The notes beneath the pieces are model-generated. The model had not been told where the DNA came from, did no database searches, and saw nothing but the letters and a program-made list of their open reading frames with translations. From Selaginella moellendorffii (lineage: Eukaryota > Plantae > Lycopodiophyta), in assembly GCF_000143415.4 (NCBI RefSeq), contig NW_003314342.1, positions 333,569 to 397,568 on the forward strand: a DNA stretch of 64,000 nt, given 5' to 3'. Shown in pieces: positions 36,469 through 53,922 of the stretch (position 1 is the stretch's first letter; each line of letters starts with the position of its first letter). The position numbers and the translations under genes were made by a program.

Positions 36469-37899
36469 ATGGAGGAGGAAAGCGAGGTCATGACGATCGA
36501 GGAGTTTCTGGAGAACCAGGAAGCGGAGGAAGAGGTATGGCTGTTAGATTGGGGTTTGAGGACTGAAGGAATAGCTCATTCCAGAGCGCCGATCTTGTTT
36601 TTGGTGGCGATGAGGGCAAGGAATGCACGTACAACGAGGGATACATGCCTCGGCAGGCCGTGTTCTCGTGCTTGAGTTGCGCGCCCCAGGGGAATGCCGG
36701 GATTTGCACGGCTTGTTCTTTGGCTTGTCACGATGGACATGAGGTGAAAATGAAGGATTTATGCGCTTTCTCTTGCTGATCTCCGTTTTTGTTTTTCTGT
36801 TCGCTTTCTTCTGGTACTTAGATTGTGGAGCTTTGGACAAAAAGGAACTTTCGATGCGACTGTGGCAACTCCAAGTTCGGTGGGAAAGACTGCAAGCTTT
36901 GGAAGGAGAAAGACGCCGAGAACAAAGAGAATGCTTACAACCAGAACTTTGTGGGGCTTTACTGCATTTGCCACCGCCAGCATCCAAACCCCGAGGACGA
37001 ACACCTCGGTGAAATGCTGCAGTGCTGCATTTGCGAGGACTGGTTTCATGAAGCTCACCTTGGTCTGCTATCCTCGGAGAAGGTCAGCTTTGTGTTTCCT
37101 TTTGAAGTCTAAGCTTTCTGGTCCATTTCAATAGGTGCCAAGGGACGAGGATAATGAGCCCTTGTTTGACGAACTGATCTGCCAAAATTGTGTTGGACGG
37201 TGTAGTTTTCTCTTTCGGTACCAGGAGCTTCTTATTCCGCCTGGTATACCAGACGAAACCCATCCAGTTGAGCAGTCTGGAACAAGCACGGAGGCTCCTG
37301 CCAACGTTGCAGTCGAACAAACAATGGGAAGCAAGGCCGAGAAATCCGATGCTTTAACTTCCGGAAAGAAAGAAGAAGGCTCCGTGAGGAATGGAGTTTC
37401 GGATGTGGCTGGCTGCTCTCAATCCAGCAATTCCATTTGCAAGCTCAAGCCAGTCAACGTGAACGAGGAGACTGGAAACTGCTTCGGAAAGGCTCTGTTT
37501 TTGGAGAGAAGCTGGAGGACCAGTCTCTGCCAGTGTGATTCCTGCGTGGAGCTGTACAAGACCAGAGGATTGAGCTTTCTTCTGGACAAGCTGGACACAC
37601 TTCAGTCCTACGAAGCATTGGCGAAGGAGAGGCGAAAGACACGGATGGAACAAGCCGAAGGTGCCAGCATGAAGCTTCTAAATAACTTGGACCACGTCGC
37701 GAAGGTGGAGTTCCTTCATGGTCTCAACGACATGACATCTGAGCTGAGCAGCTTCCTTGTAAGTGTTTTTATGCTTCGTTTCTTCTATGATTCATTTTTG
37801 CATTCTTGGCAGGGCGATTTCCGCGACACGGGAAAGACTGTGACGAGTGCGGACGTCTACGAGTTCTTCGACCGGCTGAAAAAGAGACGCAAGCTGTAG
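36469..37899 (+). CDS. UBR7: UBR7-like E3 ligase (UBR-box zinc finger + PHD), multi-exon
   Basis: ECTYNEGYMPRQAVFSCLSC..AGICTACSLACHDGHE, ELWTKRNFRCDCGN, YNQNFVGLYCICHRQHP..MLQCCICEDWFHEAH, KTVTSADVYEFF. Confidence 0.92.
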
Positions 37900-38040
37900 C
37901 TCCTGTCCGAAGTTAAAAACTTGTTTTTTATTTGATAGGTACTTTGGGAAAACCCTAGGAGCGAAGATCGCCCTTGCAAGGTCAGTGAATTCTCACTTCT
38001 GACTCGACTGATGACGAGAGTTTCCAGGTTCTCGAAAAGA

Positions 38041-38706
38041 ATGTCGACCACAGTGGCTGGAACAATGAGCATTGTGGAGCACGTCGTCTTCTTCAAAGTG
38101 AAGGAAGAGACTCCCGAAGAGAAGAAAGTGGCTATGGTGAGAGAACTCAACGCTCTCAAGTCACTGGAGGGAGTCCTCCATCTCAAAGCCGGGCCAGCTT
38201 TGCGACTCTGGCCGTCGCACCACAAACTCAGTGGAGGATTTACCCACGTCCTCCACAGCAGGTACTCGGACAAGGCAGGCTTGTCCGCTTACTCGGCTCA
38301 TCCTTCTCACGTCAGCGTGGTGGAGAAGTTTGTGAAGCCGATCGCGGAGGACATTCTGGCCATGGACTGGGAAGCTCGGGTCGCTGCTCCTCTAGAGACT
38401 GGATTTGGAGCAAAGAGAGTGGTGGCTTGCAAACTTAAGGATGATCCGGAGAAGAACAGGGGGAAGCTTGTGGATCGGCTAACAGGGAAAACTCCAGCAA
38501 GCGCAGGTGTTAACTTCTCTCCAGGGCGAGCTAAAGGTTTCAACTTTGGAATTTTGTCACTGGTGGGAAGTGTTGACGAGCTTGAGAACCCGGAGATCCT
38601 GGAGGGCAGTCTTGGTAGCAATCCCCAAGTTGAGAGTTTGATCGTCCTGGATTACGCGAGTGGCGACGAGCGAGCTGAGAGCAGCGAGAGCTCAGCGAAA
38701 ATGTGA
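38041..38706 (+). CDS. Stress-response A/B barrel (Dabb) domain protein, UP3-like
   Basis: VEHVVFFKVKE..LKSLEGVLHLKAGP..FTHVLHSRY..YSAHPSHVSVV..DILAMDW, NFSPGRAKGF. Start is ATG 38011, 38041 or 38065. Confidence 0.9.
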   Translation: MSTTVAGTMSIVEHVVFFKVKEETPEEKKVAMVRELNALKSLEGVLHLKAGPALRLWPSHHKLSGGFTHVLHSRYSDKAGLSAYSAHPSHVSVVEKFVKPIAEDILAMDWEARVAAPLETGFGAKRVVACKLKDDPEKNRGKLVDRLTGKTPASAGVNFSPGRAKGFNFGILSLVGSVDELENPEILEGSLGSNPQVESLIVLDYASGDERAESSESSAKM

Positions 38707-39201
38707 CAAGAAGACAAGAAGAAGAATCTCTTCAAGTTCAACTTTAAACAGTTGGAAATCTAAGATGATAAATCCCAAAGACATTTCCTTTCTTTTAACG
38801 CGTCCTCTACCTAGAAAAGCATCTTCATTGAGAAATCCAGGAGATTTTCAAGGCGATAAGCCGGACAGCATCTAAACATTTTGGCTCTTTACACCACGAT
38901 AGAGATTCCAGGGAATAATTGTTTTTTCTCATTCTGCAATGGCCATCGATGGACCCATTCATCCTGGCTTAAAATGTGAGAGTTTATTCCAGTGTATCAC
39001 CATGGGTTGAATGTATACGTAGCCATTCATGGGACATGGCATGGCCTATATAAAGGAAAGATTCTGGACATGTGGACAATCACGCTATATTCCAAAGCTT
39101 AGAAGAATTTATTTTTAAGAAATGGCACCAAATCTGCCACGTAGGCCCAAACTATAGCACGGATGAAATTTTTTTCCATTTAAATGCGAGGTTTGAAAGC
39201 T

Positions 39202-41618
<2,417 letters not shown>

Positions 41619-41689
41619 CAGGCTTGTTCCTTTGTTTATTTAACCGAGAAATATGACTTGAGGTTTCTACTTCGCTTGTTTCAGAGTTC

Positions 41690-43766
<2,077 letters not shown>

Positions 43767-44307
43767 TGGATTTCGCGAGCCAATGCGCTTTGTCGGTGTG
43801 TCACGAGAACGAATATGCCTCTAGGGTTTGTTATGTCTTAACCCTACCCTAAACCGTAAATCGGGTTTGCGAAGAGAATATTCGCAGCCAGGTCCCCGCT
43901 GATCTTCTAAATGTTTTTTTCTCGTTAGTTTGCGAGTCTCGCGGAAGCTCCAAGAAAATCGAATTCTTTTTTGTTGCTATGCACGATGTCTGTTAGAAAA
44001 TAAACTGAAAGAGCTGACATTGGGATTTCGACACAAGGCCCACTGCCAGCATTGCTTTGAAATGCATGCTCCTTGTAAGAAAAGCTTTTCGAGATCAGTC
44101 ACTTTAGCATTCTTGTACGAGCAAAATTCTTGTACTACTCGGCCACTTCTCTTTGTGGAGAGTTGCCATTGATTGATCTCGTCAAAGCTCCATAAAACCT
44201 TGCTGTGCTATATAAACTCCATCACAAGAGAACCCTTTCAAGATCTCTCCAGTCCCCATAGATCCATCCAAATCCCTTGTGATCTAGCTCTCATCATCCC
44301 GTAGACA

Positions 44308-44952
44308 ATGAAGATCTCAGCTCTCATGGTTACCATCCTCGCCTTGGCATTCACCGCAAGCGCCTCCGATCCAGATCCACTCCAAGACCTCTGCGTCGCC
44401 GATACCAACAGCACCATCCGGGTCAATGGCTTCCCCTGCAAAGCCGTCCCGGTTGCCGCGGATTTCAAGTCGGCGCTCATCAAGAACCCGGGCAACACCA
44501 GCAATCCGCTGGGATCCATCGTCACCGCCGCCAACGTTCTTCGCTTCCAGGGCCTCAACACCCAGGGAGTATCATTCGCTCGCGTGGATTTCGCTCCAGG
44601 GGGCACCAATCCCCCTCACATCCATCCCCGGGGCACCGAGCTCCTCTTCTTGGTCCACGGGAGGCTCCTGGTGGGATTCGTCACGACCGGGGACAATAAG
44701 CTCTTTCTGGAGACTGTGGAGGAAGGAGAGCTCTTCGTGTTTCCCAGGGGATTGATCCACTTCCAGCTCAACATTGCTGACACCCCGGCTTTCGCCGTGG
44801 CGGGATTCAACAGCCAGAACCCCGGGGCCAGTCAGGTGGCAAAGGCGGTGTTTGCGTCGGTTCCTCCGATTGATGATCGTGTCTTGGCGAGGGCGTTCCA
44901 GATCTCTCCGGCAACCATCCAGACCCTGAGGAGTCTTATCGGCCGAACTTAA
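44308..44952 (+). CDS. Germin-like protein (cupin), copy 1
   Basis: Signal peptide, SDPDPLQDLCVAD, germin boxes NPPHIHPRGTELL and FPRGLIHFQ. TATA-like ctatataaact near 44208. Confidence 0.96.
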   Translation: MKISALMVTILALAFTASASDPDPLQDLCVADTNSTIRVNGFPCKAVPVAADFKSALIKNPGNTSNPLGSIVTAANVLRFQGLNTQGVSFARVDFAPGGTNPPHIHPRGTELLFLVHGRLLVGFVTTGDNKLFLETVEEGELFVFPRGLIHFQLNIADTPAFAVAGFNSQNPGASQVAKAVFASVPPIDDRVLARAFQISPATIQTLRSLIGRT

Positions 44953-45210
44953 TTCACAAGAGTCGGTATTGTCATAAGAATAATTATACATGTGTTTAGG
45001 CGCCAACAACTGGAGGCGGTATTCAATTTCAACAGAATAAAAGACTTTGCATATTGTCAACATTGTTATTTAAATATTGCAATAATAAGAGCCCGTTTCT
45101 ACAAAGAAAGATGTTGATGAGCCTACCTTTGATGTACATTACCCATTTCAACATTCCGCTCCAATGTTCAGCACATGACAGAAGTAGCAATGACTACGGC
45201 AATGCATCTG

Positions 45211-46130
45211 TCATAGCAAGAACTTGGGGAACTCTGGTGGCACATTCTTTCCTGTAGTGATCCATTCCCCGTCATCCTTCATGACCCAAGCTTCCTCATC
45301 CAGAAAATTCACGTACCAGCAAGTGATGCCGGCAAAACTCTTCTCAACAGTCGACACTTCGGAAGCTGGAGAGGAATTACGTTTCAGCTCCTCTATGTCT
45401 AAGTAGCTCATTTCACTGGTGAAACTTCGTATAGTAGGCACATAATTCCAAGTGGTTTTTCACTGTATTCCTTGTCTCCCAGAAACTGGTTCCAGGAGCG
45501 CATTCCCTCCTTGGGAGACTCAGACGTTTCCATAAAAACCGTCCATCCTGTCCCTCCTCGTTCCATTCTTGTCCCTTTCCTCCACCTCTACAAAACCGGT
45601 GAGGAGTATAGAGGCCCTTCTCCATCACAAACATGATGCCACGGAAGAACAGCGACTGCATCAGGTACTCGGACGCCTGGCCAGACGCGTTCACAACCTT
45701 GAAAACCTCTGGATTCATCAAGACTATAGCAGTCTCACAAGTGACTGCGTCGAGGCTGGCAGAACTTGTAACCGAGCGAACATGCAAGTCTCCTTGAGCA
45801 GAGCCATCGAAGTGAAATGAACTTTGAGAATGCCACCCATCTCCGTGACACCACCGTCAATAGCTTCCATAACCGTGTCAGAGTCATCCACAACCGCAGA
45901 TCCGTCGGCGCTACTGATGCACTCCAGTATCACATTCTTGATGCAGTCTACTCTGCAAGCCATTGTCTCAAAAGCGGTACCGTTGAATGCATGAGATCTC
46001 ACACGGCCAACTGAAGCCAATGCTCGAGTGAGCGCACTTCCGCCAGTATGTCCGGACGTGAGACTGATTATGCTCTCGGAAATGAGATCGCTTGCCGATG
46101 GTGTTCTTCATCTTCGCCACCATCGGAAAG
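45211..46130 (-). pseudogene. Unidentified, apparently frameshifted coding remnant
   Basis: Three consecutive overlapping minus-strand ORFs (46020-45724, 45787-45413, 45441-45211) with globular-protein-like composition in different frames. No family recognised. Confidence 0.35.
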
Positions 46131-46745
46131 TAGTCATCTTCTCAACCTGCTACTGACCCAGCCGCCAGTTTTTTTCTGTGAACTTGCGTTGTACAGAGGG
46201 GGGCGACGAGCCGGAAAGATGATGCGGCCGAAGTGGATAACAATTGCAATGAGGACGGCTCAATGACGCGTAAGGATCCTCATTCTGAGCAACGCAATGT
46301 CTTGCTTTCCTTTTTGGTATGCATTGGCTATAGATATATGTCATAATGCTATGATACTTTCTTTGCAAACACTGGAAAATCTGGCAGAAGGAAATAAGTG
46401 ATTTATGGTCCTGGGACATGGAAGAACAATAAACCATTTAGAGATACTATGCTGAGGGTAGTTCCATGGCTCTATGATTTTACAATTTACAATTACAAGG
46501 AGCTAAGGACTGGGGCAAATTGGTAGCTAATGCAAGAAGAAAAAAATTTTGCAAATAAGGAAACGAGAATTTTCTACCGTTGACACTCGTTATGCGAATT
46601 TCCGTCAATCAAATAAGTAGGTGTTAAAGGACTTGTAATAAAAAAAAGTAGATAAATACCAGATTCCCCAGAATTTGCCACCTGTTCGTCCCGATTCAGA
46701 ATACTTAAACGCAAGAAGATCCATGGAAGATACTCCTCCCTTGTG

Positions 46746-47902
46746 ATGCCTCAACAAGGAGAAGAGAAGCGGAGGGCCTTCGTCACCTTCCTCGCCGGCG
46801 ATGGTGATTACATCAAAGGAGTGATCGGCCTCTCCAAGAGCCTCCGCCTCGTCGACTCGAGATACAAGCTCATCGTCAGTGTTCTTCCGGATGTTCCGCG
46901 CCGCCACACCGATCTCCTCCTCGCCCACGGCTGCAATGTGCGATCCATCCAGCCGGTTCTTCCGCCCCCGGGAGTTTGCGCCTTCGCGTGGCCCCGCTAT
47001 GCCATCAATTACTCCAAGCTCCGGATGTGGGAGGTGAGAGCTTCTCTCTTTTCCGCCAGGACTCGCTACTGGGTTCCTCAAAGCGGTGGTCTTTCGATCG
47101 GATTTGTGTCGAGATTGCGTCTTCTTTCTTCTCGGGCTCTAATGTGACTTGGGCTTTCTTCTCCAGTTCGAGGACTACGATCAGCTCTTGTATCTCGACG
47201 CGGACATGATGGTGTTTGAGAACATCGACGAGCTCTTCGATCTGTCGCCCCCCGGATTCTTGACCGCCGTCAAGGACTGCTTCTGCGACTGGAGCCACAC
47301 TCCCCAGTTCACGCTCGGCTACTGCCAACAGTGCCCCGGCCGAGTCCCCTGGAACTTCGCCCTCGGCGAGCCCCCGAAGCCTTACTTCAATGCCGGGATG
47401 TTCGTCTTCGAGCCGAGCAGCAAGACCTTCGGCCGGATGATGCAAGCCCTGGCCGAGAATCATCCCACACCATTCGCAGAACAGGTGAAAGCTCTGGTCT
47501 CGGGAAATTACAGTGTGTCCAGTGAATGTTAATCTTTGCTCCATGGCAGGATTTCCTCAACTTGTTCTTCCAGGACGCCTTCCGGCCGGTTCCAAACGCC
47601 TATAACTTGGAGATGGCGATGCTGTGGAGGCACCCCGAGAACGTCAACCTGGACAAGACCAAAGTCATCCACTATTGCGCTGCTGTAAGTTTCTAAGTTC
47701 TTCTTCTAGCTCGAAATCCTTTGGAGAAACTCGATCACAGGGATCCAAGCCTTGGGCTTACACCGGAGAAGGCGCAAACATGGATCGAGAGGACGTGAAA
47801 GAGCTCGTGCGCAAATGGTGGGGCGTGTATAATACACCACTGTCGCTCATGGATGGCTGTGGCCCCAAGGATCATCCAGCGTCTGTGCAAGTTCTCGGGT
47901 AA
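46746..47902 (+). CDS. GolS: Galactinol synthase (GT8); exons 46746-47033, 47167-47484, 47550-47684, 47741-47902
   Basis: AFVTFLAGDGDYIKGVIGL, YAINYSKLRMWEF, YLDADM, YCQQCP, YFNAGMFVFEPS, TPFAEQDFLN, MLWRHPENV, HYCAAGSKPW. Confidence 0.93.
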
Positions 47903-49639
47903 ACGTGGCATCCTCTCCAAAGGTAAGATTCGCCGATCGATGTCTTGTAAGCGTAGAGTGATCCATGGAGAACTTTGACGAGCTAACCTTGTAGCGCCAA
48001 AGTGAAATTCGCAGAAGGTGGCCTGGAAAATGGGAAAACCAAGTTAAGTCTCGTGGCGGGTGCCGAGGGAGAAGGACGTGATGCTCACAAACTTGTTGTC
48101 AAAGAACCTCGAATCTCACTTGTATTTCTTCGAAGAGCAAAGTTCTTGTAAACTTATGATTTCTCCTACTCTGTAATTGCACTCTGGTTTGCTATTAAAG
48201 GCTACGCAATATAATTTCTTTTTTTTCGGTGATTACAATCAAGGTTGATAGCCATTTGGATTTTAATTCTTGATTGATAGTACTTACAGGGGATTTGGAT
48301 ACTTCTTGTTCGTGAATAGGTCATAGTGTGGCTGTTATGTGCACACTGCTGGTGGCATTGGGCGTGGTGGACGATTGGAAGGAAGCTGATAAAGGGACAC
48401 ACCGCATTAAGAGGATAAACTAAGCCATTCTTGAAGAGATATTTAATGAGCGTTGTTTAAATTCCAGGTGGATCACGTTCTTAAAGAGATTTGTGTATGC
48501 TCATAGATGGTCTTCTTGATTTGTTGAAATTAATAGTGGATCTCACCATGATCAGCAGGAGTAGCAATAAAATTCTGCTTACCACCCTTAAAGTATAAAG
48601 AAATTGATTTAGTTTATTTTATTTTAATCTTTTTTAATAAAAAATAACACTATTTTGAGATAGTTGTAATTATCACAAAACTAATTTACGTTTAAAAAAT
48701 ATTTTTATATAAAAAGTTATGAGGTTGTTTCAGCTACTTTTTTTAATCACTTTGTTATACATTGTATATTTTTTGTCCATTTATACTAAAAATAATAAAA
48801 AATCTTATTAGCAAAGAACTAATTGATATTTATGTTAGTTATTATAAAACCTATATTGATTGATAACCAATCTAAAATTGGTGTGAAACTTTTTATTTAA
48901 TGCAAAACATGAAAATATTAATAAAATAAATTATTATAAAGATGTAGTTGTGTGATAATGTTATATTTTATAGTCTAAAGAATGCCAAAGAAAGAAAATA
49001 TAGCATTTTATACTTAGTTGTGATGAAAATTTTCAAATGAATATTAAGTGGATTTATTTATAACAAAATTAATGTTATATATTTAATTTGTTTTGAGATA
49101 TTTGACATTTTTAAAGAATTATATTCAAATTAGATATAGATGTTAAATACACCATCACTATTCCATGCACTTGTGGAAAGAAATAATTGAAGTATCAAAT
49201 TAAATGCTATAGTGATGATGTTAAAAGCTCATAAAATTATATAAATACTATCATAAGACTTATTTATATTATTTATAATTTTAACAGTTATATATAACAA
49301 ATTTAAATAGTATGTTATATAGAAAAGAAAAAACTTATAGGACTAGGGCCAAAGTCACTGGTTGGCAAGACAATTAGGTGCTGCAAAAATTAAAAAACTA
49401 CTCAATAACATATAAGAACTCACGTATAGATAATTTCCTAGATGTTGAGCCTGTTAAATAAATTTAGAGAATTAAAAATCTAAAATTCAAAAACCACACA
49501 ATGCAAAAAAACTTTTTTTACAAGATTAGGGCTAAATAAATGAGTTTGTTAAACAACCAATTATAAATGTATGTGCTATTCTTAAAACACATTAAAATGA
49601 GGACTTATAAGTAATGGAAATAAAAAAACTTACAATGTT

Positions 49640-49745
<106 letters not shown>

Positions 49746-50768
49746 TTAACTCACCACTTTACTTTAGTACTCCATCTAAAAAATGATAGTTTATTGATCT
49801 TATTAAATATTTTATTCAATTGTTTTAAATTAAATTATTATTAAATTTTAATAAAATTATTTTTTAGAAATATAATACATTAACAAAATATTTTAAAGAG
49901 ATAAAATATATCTATTAAAAATTTAATTTATAGTTCATTCGTCCAAAATTGTGAAGGATTTAATTGTAAATTATATTCGAACTGCATTATACTTAACAAA
50001 TTATTAAGCCCAATTGTTTACTGCATGGGCAGTGGAACTGCTTCTTTCTATATTTTTTGGGATAATACAATAAGTAATTTAAGCAAATACATTCATTCTA
50101 ACAACCATAAAACTCAAACCAAAAAATAAAAACTTAAGAAAAAAAGTTTATATTGTAATTTGCAATACATTCAAGTGTAACAAACCACGTAATGTAAAAA
50201 ACTTATTCATGTGATTATGAATGCAAAAAATTAATAAAGCTACCAAAGCTATAATAATATCCACTTATTTATGGAAAACTGCTGCACTCAACATCCCAAA
50301 CAATTAAATAAATATTTTACCTTCACTTCATAGAATAGTGTTCTATAACAATTCTTGTGATATTTAAATTTAAAATGAATATTAAATTTCTTTATTTTTG
50401 ATAAAAATAATAATAAAAGTATTTAGTACAGATATATAATTTTAAAGATACTAAAGAACTCAATTTACCTTTAGTACTATAGAAATTTCACTTATATATA
50501 ACTTTTTTACTTATATTTAAATATTTAACTTTATATAATAAGCTATAGTACCTCATTGTGCACTGAAATCTAATAAGATCAGCTTATAAACTCCACTACC
50601 AAGAAGTCCCCAATTCCACACTCATTAGTAGGCAATTGAAAATCTATATGGAGTTCTTAACTGGGTTGTGTGATAAGAGTCTCTTTGCTTCTAAAGAGTA
50701 GTGTGATGGATTTAACAGAAGCAAACTTCTGCCAGCAAACGAGGTGGCATCAAAAGCATACGTGGAGA

Positions 50769-50868
50769 NNNNNNNNNNNNNNNNNNNNNNNNNNNNNNNN
50801 NNNNNNNNNNNNNNNNNNNNNNNNNNNNNNNNNNNNNNNNNNNNNNNNNNNNNNNNNNNNNNNNNNNN
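50769..50868. other. Assembly gap (100 N)
   Basis: Run of N. Confidence 1.
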
Positions 50869-51108
50869 ACTTAGCAATAACAGTAAAATCACTAATGTGA
50901 AAAACTCTTTCAAGCTCCCAATCTTCCTAGTCCCACCGCAGCAGCTAGCGCGGTAGTCTAGGTTCCCCAAACATCCTCACAAGCTCCAAAGCCCTGGGAG
51001 AGTTTAAAGGAGTTAACTTCGGCACTCGATTTTTCTTACATATCTTTTGCAAGCATGATTTGTGATTATTTACTTCATTTTGAAAATAGCAACCTTTTGT
51101 CTTGTGAA

Positions 51109-51753
51109 TTAAGTCTTGCTGATAAGATTCCTCAGGTTCTGGATGTTTGCCGGAGTGATCTGGAACGCCCTCGCCAAGACACGATCATCAATCGGAGGAA
51201 CCGACGCAAACACCGCCTTTGCCACCTGACTAGTCCCGGGGTTCTGGCTGTTGAATCCCGCCACGGCAAAAGCCGGGGTGGCAGCAATGTTGAGCTGGAA
51301 GTGGATCAATCCCCTGGGAAACACGAAGAGCTCTCCTTCCTCCACAGTCTCCAGAAAGAGCTTATTGTCCCCGGTCGTGACGAATCCCACCAGGAGCCTC
51401 CCGTGGACCAAGAAGAGGAGCTCGGTGCCCCGGGGATGGATGTGAGGGGGATTCGTGCCCCCTGGAGCGAAATCCACGCGAGCGAATGATACTCCCTGGG
51501 TGTTGAGGCCCTGGAAGCGAAGAACGTTGGCGGCGGTGACGATGGATCCCAGGGAATTGCTGGTGTTGCCCGGGTTCTTGATGAGCGCCGACTTGAAATC
51601 CGCGGCAACCGGGATGGCTTTGCAGGGGAAGCCATTGACTCGGATGGTGCTGTTGGTGTCGGCGACGCAGAGGTCTTGGAGTGGATCTGGATCGGAGGCG
51701 CTTGCGGTGATTGCCACGGCCAGGATGGTCACCAAGAGTGCTATGATCTTCAT
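51109..51753 (-). CDS. Germin-like protein, copy 2 (inverted near-identical paralog)
   Basis: Almost identical to 44308..44952. Differences are mostly in the signal peptide and C-terminus. Confidence 0.96.
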   Translation of the reverse strand: MKIIALLVTILAVAITASASDPDPLQDLCVADTNSTIRVNGFPCKAIPVAADFKSALIKNPGNTSNSLGSIVTAANVLRFQGLNTQGVSFARVDFAPGGTNPPHIHPRGTELLFLVHGRLLVGFVTTGDNKLFLETVEEGELFVFPRGLIHFQLNIAATPAFAVAGFNSQNPGTSQVAKAVFASVPPIDDRVLARAFQITPANIQNLRNLISKT

Positions 51754-52263
51754 TGTCTCCGGGGCAGGCGAGCTGATCAAACGCTTTTGTGATGGATTGA
51801 TTAGCTCGATGGTGATTTGAGAGATCTTGTGAGGTTCTCTTGTGATGGAGTTTATATAGCAAAGAAATTCTCACGAGCTTTGACAAGATCAATCATCGTG
51901 TACTCCATAAGGGAATTGGTCCGAGTACAAGCATGTTGCGTGAATGTCTCGCTAAACTCTCGTTAAGAGCATGCATTTGAAAGCAATAAGAATAAGAAAA
52001 ATTGAAATCTTTCAATACAGAAATCGTGCACAGCAACACAAAAGTATTGATTTTCTTACAAGTTGGTTCTGCGAGACTCGCAAGGAAAGAAGCCCTATAA
52101 TTTGAATAGAGGCATATGCCGAGGGCTGCGAATATGAAACTTCGCTTTCACAGAGGTTGGAAAAGATAAGCATGACGAGCACATCGCTGCTTGTTCTATT
52201 CAGTGATTCGTCGTAGTTTTAGATGAGTTTACTAAGATAATTTCCTTGCCTGGTATTCTCTCT

Positions 52264-52392
52264 GGTGTCCACGAAGACAATATCCGGGTTTTCCTTTCCA
52301 ATCTTCGGAATTGATATATTGATGTTGTCACCGATGTTTCCTCCATGACAACCTTGTCAAATTCATCATATATAACTTGTTCTTTGTTTTTC
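52264..52392 (-). pseudogene. Degenerate copy of a beta-amylase exon/intron junction
   Basis: atatccgggttttcctttccaatct..ggaattgatatattgatgttgtcaccgatgtttcctcca..ttcatcatatataacttgttctt aligns by eye with 42999-43144, with deletions. Confidence 0.8.
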
Positions 52393-53922
52393 TTAGGTTT
52401 TGACCAGGGAAAGATTGAGTGGTGTGATTGCCTTTGTGACTAAGGCTTGCTCAAGCAGGGACGGAATTGCTGAAGCACAAAAAAAGGTTATATAAATTTT
52501 TGTGTGTCATGTTCTAGCAGCAACACCAGTCATGCAGATACAACCATCTAGGAGCAGCAAGGTTATAAAACTTTATTACTTTCTTGTGTGCTAAGACAAG
52601 AGAGATGGGTTTTCCTTTGTTTTGGACTAACATGAATTTCAAAACAAATCACCCTGAAAGAGTTCAGTACAAAGAAAAAATAATGGACATATTTTAAATC
52701 AGTGTTTAAAAACCAAATAAATTTAAATCCATAGAAATAAATAAATAAATAATAATTGATTTATGTTTTAATTTCTAACATACTTATTAATGAATTCATG
52801 ATATTATAATGATAGTAATACAAGAGAATGCTTGATTTTTTTTTAAATGGTGTAATAAAAATTTCATTCAATTTAAAATTATAATAACTTCAAAGTTGTT
52901 GAGGTATGTATTTCTTTTTGTGTGATTTTTGTGTGAGTGATCAAATTTTGCAGATGTCTAATGCAACTTAGCAAGTGTTAGAGCTTGTTTTTTTCAAGCT
53001 CAAGCCCAAAAAGATCATCAATTGACTTATTTTTAGCAAATTTATAAATCACTTATACTTTAAATATTTTTTTTTTAAAATTAACTTAAAAAAACATTAG
53101 TGCCAGAGGAAATAGAATGCAAAACAATTTCTTTTAACATTTATTGCAAAAGTTAAAAAATGTTTAAGGAATATTTATCCCTTAGAATTTATTATTTTTT
53201 ATAATTTTAATTTGTATTAAAATTAAACCTAGAATGATAATTACAATAAAATATTTTAATAAAAGTAAAATTAAAGTTGGAATAATAAAAAAATAAAAAT
53301 ATAATATACTCACTACATAAATATATAGTAACTCATTAAAACTAATCACAACAATGCTAAATATATTTTTTATTATTTTCAAAGAAATTTTATTTCATAT
53401 TATATAAAAAATTACAATTTAAAGAGTCATATATTTAAACTAAAATAAATCATTAAAAAGTAAAAAATAAATAATTTGCTATGCATTGCATGTAGCAATG
53501 CTTGATTTGCTTAATAGTAATATTATTCGTACTTATTAATCCAATTGATCAAATAAAAATTTATAATTATAAACATGTTTATAATTTATAAATACAAGAT
53601 TAATTTTATGGCATATTAACCTATAGATGGTAGAATAAAAAAGAATATACTAGAAAGTGTTTAAGAAAGTTTATAAATTATAAATACACGATTAATTTAA
53701 ATGAATAACAACCGTTAGATAGTAGAATATTCTAGAATATCCAAGCATATTCTTGGTATATTCACTACCATCCCATCAAACCAAAAAATATCTATATATT
53801 TTAGCAAAATTCTTATCATTTTAAATCTATTTATTTATTTACTAACTTTATCCAAAATTTAGATGGATTAATTTCAAGAGTTTAATATTGTAAAGAGTTT
53901 AATCTTGTTCAAGTTTGGGGCT

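Noticed and set aside
37899-38065. UBR7 and Dabb as another dicistron
   Set aside because: The gap is 110-165 nt, with a T-rich 3' region and a telo-box (aaaccctag near 37951), consistent with a separate promoter.
53182-53382. Hydrophobic Ile/Leu/Phe-rich 66-aa ORF
   Set aside because: Composition follows from extreme AT content and there is no ATG start.
53570-53775. About 90-bp diverged direct repeat with a GAATATTCTAGAA HSE-like run
   Set aside because: Lies in an AT-rich island downstream of BXL copy A, not in a promoter position; probably a repeat remnant.
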